Assembly: GCA_963712115.1 (NCBI GenBank)
Contig: CAVQGX010000031.1
Coordinates: forward strand, 1-64,000
Reading direction: 5' to 3'
From: an uncultured delta proteobacterium
Lineage (GTDB): Bacteria > Desulfobacterota > Syntrophobacteria > BM002
Length of the DNA stretch: 64,000 nt
Part shown: in pieces, positions 48,923-58,394 of the stretch
Position numbering within the stretch: position 1 is the first letter of the stretch
Layout of the letters: every line of letters starts with the position of its first letter
Notes under the pieces: model-generated
Told to the model about the DNA's origin: nothing
Seen by the model: only the letters and a program-made list of their open reading frames with translations
The model's database searches: none
Translations under genes and position numbers: made by a program

Positions 48923-49690
48923 TTATGCTCTTCTCCCTACTCCAGTGCCGTCATTGAGCAAAATTCTTCGGGGCTGTAGATGTTTAACCCGATCATATAG
49001 AGTTCCACCAGTACTTGGGCGGAGCAAGTGCTGCCAGCCCCCCACGTATGCCACCCGTCCCTTTTGGACTTGAGCATAGGTTTCCTTTAGCACTTGTGCC
49101 AATTCCATCTCTCGCTGCTCCCATAGGGGATCAGCAGACCAGGCTCGAATGAAAGCCGACGCTAGAGACTGCTCTTGCTCGTTCAAGAGATGGGCCGCAA
49201 TCTTATACTCCCTTTCAACCTCCTCTGGAAGAGTCGCAGGAGAGCATTTTAGCAGTACCTCGAGATTCTCGCTGCTCAGCAATCGTTGCCATTCCTCGTG
49301 TATCCAACCTTTGCTCCAGAGGGAAGAGTCGATGCAAGCAAGTGTGGCACCTGTATCTCGGCAGTATTTCTGGGCCATGCGGTATTCAAAGGGTACTGCG
49401 AGTTGAATCTGTATGGCATTGATCTGTCCCCAGTCTCGCCAGGAAACCTTGAGATTGCGAGCCAACCTCTTTACTCTTCTTATAAGCCGCCTTCGTAGGT
49501 GACGGGAGTTTCTTTGCCTGTAGAAAAGCCCATAGGGACTAACCTCCACGGCCAGTGCTATTGGACGCTCTTCTGCTAGAAGCTTTCTCAGCTTGACCGC
49601 GCCATGAGGATCCCGATGGACCGCGCCTATAAGGAGAAGCTCTTTGCCCAAAATCTCAGTCTCCTTCAAACGCACCTTCCCGCGTATCAC
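48923..49690 (-). CDS. Hypothetical protein, possibly TraB/GumN-like fold
   Basis: LIG.VH, AVE.S, GG..H motifs. Confidence 0.65.
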   Translation of the reverse strand: MIRGKVRLKETEILGKELLLIGAVHRDPHGAVKLRKLLAEERPIALAVEVSPYGLFYRQRNSRHLRRRLIRRVKRLARNLKVSWRDWGQINAIQIQLAVPFEYRMAQKYCRDTGATLACIDSSLWSKGWIHEEWQRLLSSENLEVLLKCSPATLPEEVEREYKIAAHLLNEQEQSLASAFIRAWSADPLWEQREMELAQVLKETYAQVQKGRVAYVGGWQHLLRPSTGGTLYDRVKHLQPRRILLNDGTGVGRRA

Positions 49691-49700
49691 TAGGAACTAT

Positions 49701-49959
49701 AACTCCGAACGGAGAACACTCGATATCAAATTCGAAATCCTAAGCACGAAGCACGAAACAAATCCCAAATTCTAATGCTCCAATGTTCCAAACGAAACAA
49801 ACCTAAAATCGGTTACAGCAGGTTTTGGTCATTGAAGTTTTGGAAATTTGAATTTGTTTCGGATTTAGATATTCGGATTTCGGATTTATCTGCAAGTTCC
49901 GCGTTCCGAATTCGGCGTTTTAAGCCTTGGTGCCTAGTGCATAGTTCCTAGTGCCTAGT
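49701..49959. repeat. Nested inverted heptamer element plus CTAGTGC 32-mer
   Basis: CGAAATC/GATTTCG hairpin inside CCGAAC/GTTCCG arms; 49928-49959 matches revcomp of 4653-4684 at 31/32. Confidence 0.8.
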
Positions 49960-50649
49960 GTTAAGTGGCCGGTGCCCACCCTTCATCTGTCCGTGTTGTT
50001 CCAGCAGTGGAATGAGTTCATGGAAGTGGGAGATATAATGGTCTGCCTCTAGTTGCTCATTGCGGTAAGCGATAAAAAGTACGCCTGCCCGTTGACTCGT
50101 TTCCCGGTCCACGTCGGAGTCTCCGATGTAGCAAGCTGCCTGAGGTGTGATCTCGAATGACAAAAGGATTTTATTGAGGGATTCCGGGTGTGGCTTTGGG
50201 TGACTCACATCAAGGGATGTTACCACCATGTCGAAGTACGGGTCTAGTCCAAATCTTTGCAGCAACTGCTTCATCGTCCGTGTTCGGCTTGTGGCAATGG
50301 CAGTTCTATACCGACGTATGAGTTTTTCCAAACACTCCAGTAATCCGGGCTCTAAGGCAAGTAAATCGATAAGGGGCTCATAGTCCATTTCCTGCCAAAG
50401 CCGCTTTGCCTCCTCAATTAGCCTGTCATCGACGAGCAAATACTCTAGCGACTCCTGCAGCGTGTGACAGTGCACATAATCTATTTGCTCCTCGCTGAGA
50501 GTCCCTTTGTTGAAGTGTGAGAGAAACTGATTGTAAAGGTAGGCGTTTGCTTTGCGGGAATCTACTATTACACCATCACAGTCAAATATTACGGCCTTGA
50601 TGGCTCCATCGTCGCGCGACACTATGGTTTTGGCGTTGGTGCTACTCAT
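49948..50649 (-). CDS. HAD-family phosphatase (Gph-like)
   Basis: FDCDGVIVDS, ATS, KPHP, IGDS..D. Confidence 0.9.
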   Translation of the reverse strand: MSSTNAKTIVSRDDGAIKAVIFDCDGVIVDSRKANAYLYNQFLSHFNKGTLSEEQIDYVHCHTLQESLEYLLVDDRLIEEAKRLWQEMDYEPLIDLLALEPGLLECLEKLIRRYRTAIATSRTRTMKQLLQRFGLDPYFDMVVTSLDVSHPKPHPESLNKILLSFEITPQAACYIGDSDVDRETSQRAGVLFIAYRNEQLEADHYISHFHELIPLLEQHGQMKGGHRPLNTRH

Positions 50650-50884
50650 CTTCCTCCCAGAGTTTGTCTCTTTTCATTCCCTTCAGAAACCTTTGGTTAC
50701 TGCGCCGATTCTTATCAACCTGCTTGAGAAATTTTCTCATCTCCCCATCAGGAAACATGGAGTTAAGATCGCGCCCTTCCTCTTGAAAGACCCTGTTCAG
50801 GTCCACCGGATCTACTGCAGATTCGGATTCTTCCCGTTCAAACTCTTCGACCTGCTCTTTTTTCTCGACCTGATCTGTGTTCAT
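50642..50884 (-). CDS. Small charged hypothetical protein (80 aa)
   Basis: GGAGG RBS; stop overlaps HAD start. Confidence 0.7.
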   Translation of the reverse strand: MNTDQVEKKEQVEEFEREESESAVDPVDLNRVFQEEGRDLNSMFPDGEMRKFLKQVDKNRRSNQRFLKGMKRDKLWEEDE

Positions 50885-51099
50885 GCTTACCTCCAGAGTC
50901 ATTTGTCAGCAGCAATCCGTGCAGCTATATATCATGAGGCCGGATTTTTTTCAAAGGGCTAATGAAGGGGCAAATCTCGAGTAGTAGGTAGAAATAACAT
51001 TTCACATTTTACATTTCGCATTTTTCATTTATTATTTATTATTTAACTCATAGTTTTCACTATTTGCCCGATCCAATAATCTGAAATGGGCAATGCTAG

Positions 51100-51280
51100 C
51101 CCGGATGTTTCATGAATTGCTGTCGCGAGACCATGAACATGGGCGTGCCACCGGGCAACCGTACCGCGGGATTGGTTGCGAGGCGTACCTGAACGGTACG
51201 TCGCAGGAGCCGACACCCTAGGACGCCCGGGAGGACGGCCAAATCCAGGGTCGCAGCAGGCAATTCATGAAACATCCGGG
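51100..51280. mobile_element. MITE-like element, copy 3
   Basis: Perfect 21-bp TIR CCCGGATGTTTCATGAATTGC; ends 18 nt before the nadB start. Confidence 0.85.
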
Positions 51281-51298
51281 CATGATGAGAGATGAAAA

Positions 51299-52936
51299 AT
51301 GTCAGCTGACATCATGGAATTCGATACGTTGGTGGTTGGTAGTGGAATCGCTGGCCTCACTTTCGCTCTTAAGGTAGCGGCCACCCGCAAGGTCGCAGTG
51401 GTGACCAAGAAGGAAAGTGTGGAAACCAGCACCAATTATGCCCAAGGTGGAATTGCCTCGGTGCTCGGCCCTGAGGACTCCTTCGACCTCCACATTCAGG
51501 ATACCCTGAGCTCTGGTGACGGACTCTGTCATCCCGATGTGGTGGCCATGGTAGTTAAAAGTGGTCCTGATCGTATTAGGGAGCTGGCCGAAATGGGTGT
51601 GCGCTTTCAGCGGGGGCAGCAGGAATCCCTACCATTCGATCTGGCTCGCGAGGGGGGCCACTCCCGCAGCCGGATTGTCCATGCGCAGGACATGACCGGC
51701 AGAGAGGTGGAGCGAGTCTTGCTCTCCATGGCCGAGGAGCACCCCAATATCTCTATTTTTGAAAATCACATCGCCATCGACTTGATTGTCGAATGTCAGC
51801 TACTCAAACGGGGGTTACTGACTACCCAGCGGCAGGAACGGTGCTGGGGTGCCTACGTTCTGGATATCGAAGGAAATCGTATCTTGACGTTCCTGGCAAG
51901 AGACACCCTTCTTTGTACAGGCGGTGCCGGCAAGGTATACGTTTACACCAGCAACCCTGATGTGGCCACTGGAGACGGTGTGGCCATGGCCTACCGAGCA
52001 GGGGCAGAAGTTGCAAATATGGAATTTGTGCAATTTCACCCTACCTGCCTTTATCACCCCCACGCTAAGAATTTCCTCATCTCAGAAGCGGTGCGGGGCG
52101 AAGGGGGGCGCCTGATAGACAAACGTGGGCAGGATTTTATGTCCAAATACCACCCCCTCAAAGATCTGGCTTGTCGAGACGTAGTGGCCCGAGCCATTGA
52201 TACTGAGATCAAACAGAGTGGGGACGACTGCGTTTATGTGGACATAAGCCATCGCGATGCTGATTTCCTGCGACAGCGTTTTCCCAATATTTATGAAAAA
52301 TGCTTTTCTCTTGGTATGGACATTACCAAGGAGCCAATACCGGTGGTCCCAGCTGCCCACTACATGTGCGGTGGAGTGTGCACTGACAAGCATGGACGCA
52401 CCAGCATCCAACATCTTTATACCTTGGGTGAATCAGCTTGTACCGGGCTTCACGGCGCCAATCGTCTGGCCAGCAACTCCCTCCTCGAAGCTCTGGTATT
52501 CGCCCATACAGCTGCTGACCAGATCAATAGCGAACCCCTGTCCCCCGGAGAAAAGATTTCCTTTCCAGAGGTTCCCCCTTTGGAGATGCCACCGAACGCC
52601 AACGATAGCGAAATGGTGCTTATAGCTTACAGCTGGGACATAATCCGACGACTTATGTGGAACTACGTGGGCATCGTCCGTAAGGACAGCCGTCTAAACC
52701 TGGCACAAAATCACCTGGCCCAGATACAGCGAGAAATCAACGAACACTACCCCAATATAAGCCTAAACAGTGATCTCATCGAACTGAGAAACCTGGCCAC
52801 TGTTGCCGAGTTGATCGTGACCTGCGCTCTCAAGCGTCGTGAAAGCCGAGGCCTCCATTTCAACCTCGACCACCCTCAGAAGGACGACGAGCGCTGGCAA
52901 AGGGACACCATAATCCGCCTGGATCAATGGGCCTGA
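51299..52936 (+). CDS. nadB: L-aspartate oxidase
   Basis: GSGIAG, AQGGIA, EGGHS..RI.H, QFHPT, SEAVRGEG, HGANRLASNSLLE. Confidence 0.96.
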   Translation: MSADIMEFDTLVVGSGIAGLTFALKVAATRKVAVVTKKESVETSTNYAQGGIASVLGPEDSFDLHIQDTLSSGDGLCHPDVVAMVVKSGPDRIRELAEMGVRFQRGQQESLPFDLAREGGHSRSRIVHAQDMTGREVERVLLSMAEEHPNISIFENHIAIDLIVECQLLKRGLLTTQRQERCWGAYVLDIEGNRILTFLARDTLLCTGGAGKVYVYTSNPDVATGDGVAMAYRAGAEVANMEFVQFHPTCLYHPHAKNFLISEAVRGEGGRLIDKRGQDFMSKYHPLKDLACRDVVARAIDTEIKQSGDDCVYVDISHRDADFLRQRFPNIYEKCFSLGMDITKEPIPVVPAAHYMCGGVCTDKHGRTSIQHLYTLGESACTGLHGANRLASNSLLEALVFAHTAADQINSEPLSPGEKISFPEVPPLEMPPNANDSEMVLIAYSWDIIRRLMWNYVGIVRKDSRLNLAQNHLAQIQREINEHYPNISLNSDLIELRNLATVAELIVTCALKRRESRGLHFNLDHPQKDDERWQRDTIIRLDQWA

Positions 52937-53005
52937 TATGATATGGGATGTGTGATAGAAACTCGTCCCTACCATCTCACATCCCACATCTCATATCTCA
53001 CATCT
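52935..53005. repeat. Inverted GATRTGR/YCAYATC heptamer pair
   Basis: GATATGATATGGGATGTGTGAT ... ATCTCACATCCCACATCTCATATCTCACATC. Confidence 0.75.
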
Positions 53006-53022
53006 TGTAAGCCTTCGCGGAC

Positions 53023-53051
53023 AAAAAAACCCCGGAAAATCCGGGGCTTTT
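53023..53051. terminator. Bidirectional intrinsic terminator between nadB and qrcD
   Basis: AAAAAAACCCCGG-AAAAT-CCGGGGCTTTT. Confidence 0.8.
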
Positions 53052-53079
53052 CATTTTCACTATCTCTATTCAGAGAAGA

Positions 53080-54312
53080 TCAATCCAGTGGATTCAGCTC
53101 ACGCTCCCTTGGAAATACAGGCAGGTATCGATAAGAAAGTGAGATTAGCAAGGCGCCGTAGGCAAGCACGGCAACAGTAGGTGCCCATTCCTGCCAGGTG
53201 GGAACATAGATTTCCAAACGGTCAAAGGGCATTACCGGCAATGCTAGGTTCTGCACGGTAAAAACGAAGCGGTTTATGATTATGCCGGCGCAGTCCAGGA
53301 CACAGGCGACAATGAGCAAGACATCATCTTCTCGCGCTTTTGGCGTAAGCAAGATGATGGCTGGTATAATGCCGCAGACAACTATCTCGGCAAAAAGGAG
53401 CCACAATCCATAGGGCGCCTGGAAGAACTCGCTGAAACTCACGCCCATATTGGGTGCCGTGTGAGTCGCCCACCACCACGTGTCCAAAATTTTGACCAGC
53501 ATATAAAAGGCGAGCAAGTATCCGGTCACCTTGGCCAGTAGAGAGATGGCCTCACGGCGGACTAGTTTTTTCCGCGTAATACCCTGTACCATCGTGGTTA
53601 CAAGGATGGTAAGGGCCGGACCGGAAGCAATGGCCGATGCCACGAACAAGAAGAAGGTCCAGGGCCAGATAAAAAATCCTTCACGGAAGGCGAATGGCCG
53701 GGCAAACATTACACCATAAAGACCACCCAGGGAGCCCTGGTGAAAGAAGCTCAAAAAGGTACCTGTAGCAGCAAAAACAACCATGATCTCGTGGAGGTTG
53801 TGACTGAAAAAGTGGAATTCCGGCACCTTGTCCAACTGTCGGTTTTCAAGAATTAAAGGTAGGAACTCTATGGTAAGCACTATGGTGTAGCAGGTGATGC
53901 AGAAGATCACTTCCGTGAGCATTGAGTGAACATTGGGGTGCCAGAAGGAAAACCAGCCCCTGATGGGTTGACCTATTTCCAGAAGCAGCACCAGCTGGGC
54001 ACCAGTATAGCAGATAAACCCAACGACCACGGCCAGGTTGATAATATCTTTGAGTTCCTTTTTACCGATCACATAAGTAAGAAAGCCGGTAAAAAAAGCT
54101 CCCGCCCCTAAAGCAATAATTGCCAGGTCTGCAGTGATATACAAGCCGAAGCCGAAATAGTCGTTCAGGCCGGTAACGTTCAGTCCCTTCCACAGCACTA
54201 GGAACCCACCCAGTACGCCCCAGCCGATTACGCCGAATATCACCAGCAGCCAAAGGCAAAAAGCTTTAAAAGAACACCGTTTTACCCCTTCGGGAATGAG
54301 TGCTGAATCCAT
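53080..54312 (-). CDS. qrcD: Menaquinone reductase integral membrane subunit (NrfD/PsrC family)
   Basis: MDSALIPEG.KR, NVHSMLTEV.FCIT.Y, FFHQGSLGG; operon context. Confidence 0.9.
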   Translation of the reverse strand: MDSALIPEGVKRCSFKAFCLWLLVIFGVIGWGVLGGFLVLWKGLNVTGLNDYFGFGLYITADLAIIALGAGAFFTGFLTYVIGKKELKDIINLAVVVGFICYTGAQLVLLLEIGQPIRGWFSFWHPNVHSMLTEVIFCITCYTIVLTIEFLPLILENRQLDKVPEFHFFSHNLHEIMVVFAATGTFLSFFHQGSLGGLYGVMFARPFAFREGFFIWPWTFFLFVASAIASGPALTILVTTMVQGITRKKLVRREAISLLAKVTGYLLAFYMLVKILDTWWWATHTAPNMGVSFSEFFQAPYGLWLLFAEIVVCGIIPAIILLTPKAREDDVLLIVACVLDCAGIIINRFVFTVQNLALPVMPFDRLEIYVPTWQEWAPTVAVLAYGALLISLSYRYLPVFPRERELNPLD

Positions 54313-54349
54313 GGTTTTCCTCTCTTGTCCATGGTGGTTCTAATCTAGC

Positions 54350-55099
54350 CTAAATCACGTTGTCAGCCAGCTTGTGAATCCATTCCTGGCTGCTCAGGTA
54401 GATTACCTTTGGTTTGGTTCCGAGCCTTTCTAAAAGTCGAAAGGCGTTTGGGCTCTTGGCCAGCTTGGCTACCTCGCTATGGGAATCAGCCAAATTGCCA
54501 AAAGCCATGGCCTTGGCCGGGCACGTCTCAACACATGCCGGCACGTATTCTCCCTCGTGCAGCTCCTTTCGCCCTTCCAAAAAGGCCCTGTCCTTAGCCA
54601 GCTGCAACCGGTGGACACAGAAGGTGCACTTCTCCACCACCCCCCGCATCCTGGTGGAAACCTCTGGAGTAAGCATCTCTTCCATGGGGTTAGGCCACTT
54701 TGGGTCCCACCAATTGAAGTAGCGGGCATGGTAAGAGCAGGCAGAGATACAGTACCTGCAGCCAATGCAGCGTACAGGGATGTGGCTCACCAAGCCGGTC
54801 TCCTCATCACGCTGGGTGGCATTTACCGGGCAAACAAAGGTGCACGGTGGGTATGGGTCCGCGTCGCACTGGAGACACGGTCTGGGCAAATAGGCCTTGC
54901 GATGGTCCGGATAAGGTTTCCCATTCTCGAGATAAAAGACCTTCAACCAGGTAATGGAGCGCACCTTGTTGGTCTCATCCTCTCTGAATGGAACATTGTT
55001 CTCCTGCTGGCAGGCCACTGCACAAGTCATGCAGCCGGTGCACTTGTCCACATCGATGACCATGCCGTACCTAATTTTCCCTGAGTTGTTCCCACTCAT
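54350..55099 (-). CDS. qrcC: Menaquinone reductase Fe-S subunit
   Basis: Four Cys clusters (CTGC..C..AC, CIGCRYC..AC, EKCTFC). Confidence 0.9.
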   Translation of the reverse strand: MSGNNSGKIRYGMVIDVDKCTGCMTCAVACQQENNVPFREDETNKVRSITWLKVFYLENGKPYPDHRKAYLPRPCLQCDADPYPPCTFVCPVNATQRDEETGLVSHIPVRCIGCRYCISACSYHARYFNWWDPKWPNPMEEMLTPEVSTRMRGVVEKCTFCVHRLQLAKDRAFLEGRKELHEGEYVPACVETCPAKAMAFGNLADSHSEVAKLAKSPNAFRLLERLGTKPKVIYLSSQEWIHKLADNVI

Positions 55100-55107
55100 T
55101 TCCTACC

Positions 55108-57480
55108 TCATACTTTGTAGATTTTCACCCGAGTTCCCCACCAGCTGGCAAGGCCAGTGACCTTATCCTGTTGGGCCACCAAAATTGCGTTGGCGTTGAC
55201 CCCCTTGCCCTTGATATAGGAATCGAAACCACTGTGGCCTAGACCGGTGGGAATAAAGACCACATCAGGCCGCGCAGCTCCAGTCAAGTGAACACGAGCC
55301 TCGAGCGAACCCCGTTCGCTCTGAAGTGCAACCCTATCTCCCTCCTTGAGGCCCAAGTTTGCAGCGGTCTTGGCATTGATCTCAACAAAGCAATCATTCC
55401 CTTTCAGTTCGAAATCAAAAAGCATCTTGGTCATGAAGGGAGGGTTGGCCACCGGGCCATTGGCAATGATCAAGGTTTCATAGGGCATGAGAAGCAATGG
55501 ATATTCATTCGGATCTCCAGCTGGTTCCACCTGTTCGAAATGGGGCAGATAGGTGAGATCGTTACCCCTTATGCCAATTTGACGCATTTTTTGGCTATAG
55601 AACTCAAACTTGCCCGAAGGGGTCTTGAAAGCCGAACCCCAAGAAGGCATGGACGCGGAAGTGTCAAACCAGCAACCGTGTTCGCCCAGTTTCTCCCACA
55701 GGTCGTCAAATGAATCATAGTTAGGAGCTAAATTGATTCCCTGGCCACCTTTCCAAGGCTCAACCCCAGGCTCATCTGCCACTCTACCGCTACCCCTTTC
55801 GGCTAGTCCCTCCACCCTTTGCCTCAAAGCCGTTTCATAGTCGGACCAGGGGAAACTGGAAGCAACGCCACCGCCCAGCGATTTTGCCAGCTGAATCAGT
55901 ATATCGCCAGGATGGATGGTTGCAAATCGCGGCATCAAAACTGGCTTGCTCAGGCCGAATACAGGGTATTGCAATCCTGGGGGGGTAGGCACGTCCTCCA
56001 ACCTTTCCAGGTGGGTGGGACCTGGAAGCACCAGGTCGGCAAGCTGGGCAGTCTCATCCATAAAAGAAGAGAAGGAGACAACGGTCTCAATTTTGCTCAA
56101 GGCCTCGATGAAGGGTTTGGCATCAGCCAAGTCGTGGGCGGGATTGGCCTCGTAGACCCAGAGCATCTGTGCTGGATAAAGGTTGCCCTGGTTAATGTTT
56201 TTCACGAAGTTGTAGAAAAGGTTTGCTGGCAAGGCTGTCTGCAACCCACTGGCTCCATCCAGCCTCGGCTCCTTCTCTCCTTCCAGACTCATTGCATCCA
56301 GTACCACTTCGGGCCATGGCGCCAAAGGCACCGGAGGTGTTCTCGTTACTCCGCCAGGTTTGTGCAGGTTTCCCACTAATGCATTGAGGCTTTGAACAGC
56401 AAGGAAATCGTAGATGCTTCCTTGCATCCTCCCTTGGCCCCAACCACTCAGGGCTACGGCCGGCTTAGTTTGAGAGAACTCTCTTGCGAGTGCTGATATT
56501 TTTTCTCTGGTCACTCCGGTGATGGCAGCCACCTTCTCTGGAGTATAGTTCCTTTGGAGAAGTCTCCCGAACTCTTCGAATCCATAACAATATTGGTTCA
56601 CAAAGGTACGGTCGTAAAGACCCCCGCTTATAATTACCTGGGCAAGACCCAGGGCAAGTGCCGCCTCTGTTCCCGGTGCCACTGCCACCCAATCATCAGC
56701 CTTGGACGCGCTCAGCGATCCCCTGGTCTCCACCTGGACTATTCTGGCGCGGTCGTCCTTGGACTTGTTGCGCCAGCTACCAAAGGCCTTCAGCATGCGG
56801 GCGGGAACACCCCAGCCTTCAATGTAGCTACTGCCAAAGCTGATAATCATCTTGGCATTTTCCAGGTCATAACCGACAAGGTCACCCTGTCCCTGACTGA
56901 ATAACAAACCAAGAGATTCTGCATCGGCTGCCGACGGCATTAACATGTAGTTTGGTGAGCCATAGGCACGGAGGAAGCGAGCAAAAAGCTCAGGAACAGT
57001 ACCTTGCCGTTTGCCGCTTACGCAAGCGAGACCTCTGGCTTTTTGCCGCATACCTCGCAATTTGGTGGCGAGGATCTCCAGGGCCTCATCCCAGCTAATT
57101 GGTTTCAGGGTTGCAATATCGCCCCGTTGGCCCGTTTGCTTTAGGGGTGTCTCGATACGGCTGGGACCATACAAGTACTGGAGGCCGGAAGCGCCTAGAG
57201 GGCAAATACCCCCTTGATTTACTGGATGAGTGGGATTTCCTTCAATGTTTACCGCATTCTTTGCCTGGATGAGTCGAACCCTGATGCCACAACCACCTGG
57301 GCAAAGCTGACAGACCGTATTCACCGTTGTGGCGCCACCTCTTTCCGGCGAAGGCCGCCAGAACCAGTTCTGGCTCCAGATAGCCGTGTCATCTGCCATT
57401 TTCCACGGCAGAGGCGACAACAGCGTGCCGCCCACCCCTCCTGCTATCAGTTTAACGAAGGCTCTTCTGTCTAATTTCAT
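55108..57480 (-). CDS. qrcB: Menaquinone reductase molybdopterin-binding-like subunit, Tat-exported
   Basis: DRRAFVK Tat motif, SP.PWK..DD..IWSQNW, CQLCPGGC. Confidence 0.9.
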   Translation of the reverse strand: MKLDRRAFVKLIAGGVGGTLLSPLPWKMADDTAIWSQNWFWRPSPERGGATTVNTVCQLCPGGCGIRVRLIQAKNAVNIEGNPTHPVNQGGICPLGASGLQYLYGPSRIETPLKQTGQRGDIATLKPISWDEALEILATKLRGMRQKARGLACVSGKRQGTVPELFARFLRAYGSPNYMLMPSAADAESLGLLFSQGQGDLVGYDLENAKMIISFGSSYIEGWGVPARMLKAFGSWRNKSKDDRARIVQVETRGSLSASKADDWVAVAPGTEAALALGLAQVIISGGLYDRTFVNQYCYGFEEFGRLLQRNYTPEKVAAITGVTREKISALAREFSQTKPAVALSGWGQGRMQGSIYDFLAVQSLNALVGNLHKPGGVTRTPPVPLAPWPEVVLDAMSLEGEKEPRLDGASGLQTALPANLFYNFVKNINQGNLYPAQMLWVYEANPAHDLADAKPFIEALSKIETVVSFSSFMDETAQLADLVLPGPTHLERLEDVPTPPGLQYPVFGLSKPVLMPRFATIHPGDILIQLAKSLGGGVASSFPWSDYETALRQRVEGLAERGSGRVADEPGVEPWKGGQGINLAPNYDSFDDLWEKLGEHGCWFDTSASMPSWGSAFKTPSGKFEFYSQKMRQIGIRGNDLTYLPHFEQVEPAGDPNEYPLLLMPYETLIIANGPVANPPFMTKMLFDFELKGNDCFVEINAKTAANLGLKEGDRVALQSERGSLEARVHLTGAARPDVVFIPTGLGHSGFDSYIKGKGVNANAILVAQQDKVTGLASWWGTRVKIYKV

Positions 57481-57515
57481 GAGATCCTTCCCCTCACTGT
57501 AAATTTCCCAATGTG

Positions 57516-58082
57516 CTATTTATGACAAACGTCACAGGCGTTAGATACATTCTCCCGGGCATGACAGTCTTCACACACGTACATCTTGATAATCTCATTA
57601 GGGTACCCAGTGAGACGGTTTATTTTGACCGGAGGAGCCTTAGTCTCACCTGCAACATCCCGATGGCAGTCTGTACACTCCATCTCGGCCATCTTCACAT
57701 GAGCGGCATGTGAGAAGAAGACGTTGTCTGGTTGCCTCGAATAGGAAATCCAGGGAATCTCTTTTTCAGGTTCCACATATTCAGAGACCAGCTTCGCCTC
57801 ATCCTCGGTTTCACCTTGTGGTTCTGCATGGCACTCAACACAAGTAGACAGCCTTGGTTTGCCGGCATAAGTTCCGTCCTCACGGAAGGAGTGGCAATCC
57901 TCGCAGCTCATGCCCGCGTCTTCCTGGTGGATGGCGTGATTGTAGTTGATAGGCTGGTACTTGGTGGAAAAGAGAAGTTGTGGGAAAACAATCCAACCAA
58001 CGAAAAGTGCACCAGCGAAGCCAAGGACAAAGAGAACCCAACCCAGTAGGCCCGAATCCTGTTGCTTGTTTTCTCCGGTCAT
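57516..58082 (-). CDS. qrcA: Membrane-anchored pentaheme cytochrome c
   Basis: N-terminal TM, five CxxCH motifs, YSRQPDNVFFSH. Confidence 0.9.
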   Translation of the reverse strand: MTGENKQQDSGLLGWVLFVLGFAGALFVGWIVFPQLLFSTKYQPINYNHAIHQEDAGMSCEDCHSFREDGTYAGKPRLSTCVECHAEPQGETEDEAKLVSEYVEPEKEIPWISYSRQPDNVFFSHAAHVKMAEMECTDCHRDVAGETKAPPVKINRLTGYPNEIIKMYVCEDCHARENVSNACDVCHK

Positions 58083-58394
58083 GGAACGCCTCGGTATTTT
58101 GGAGTGTAGGTTTAAGGAATGAAGGGTGAGTCACTATGGCGAGATCACTATTCCCGGGCTGCAATTCTCACAGCGGGAACGGAGCCAGGATCACGCCAAA
58201 TTAAGCTTTTTTTCACAAGACAAATCTGTACTTTTCTACCGATTTCCTCACCCCTTGTCAAGTGAAAAGGTTTGCACAAGACAGGCTAATCATAGTCATT
58301 AGATCAAACCTCTAGCCTGCCTTGACACCAAGGAAACAATTTCTTTATGCTGGAAGAGGCTAATTTGATTTCCGAGTCACCTTATTTGACCATC

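Noticed and set aside
30297-51032. AAATG tract at 30297-30335 and CATTT tract at 50998-51032 as a long-range pair
   Set aside because: 20 kb apart across opposing operons and low complexity; family similarity is sufficient
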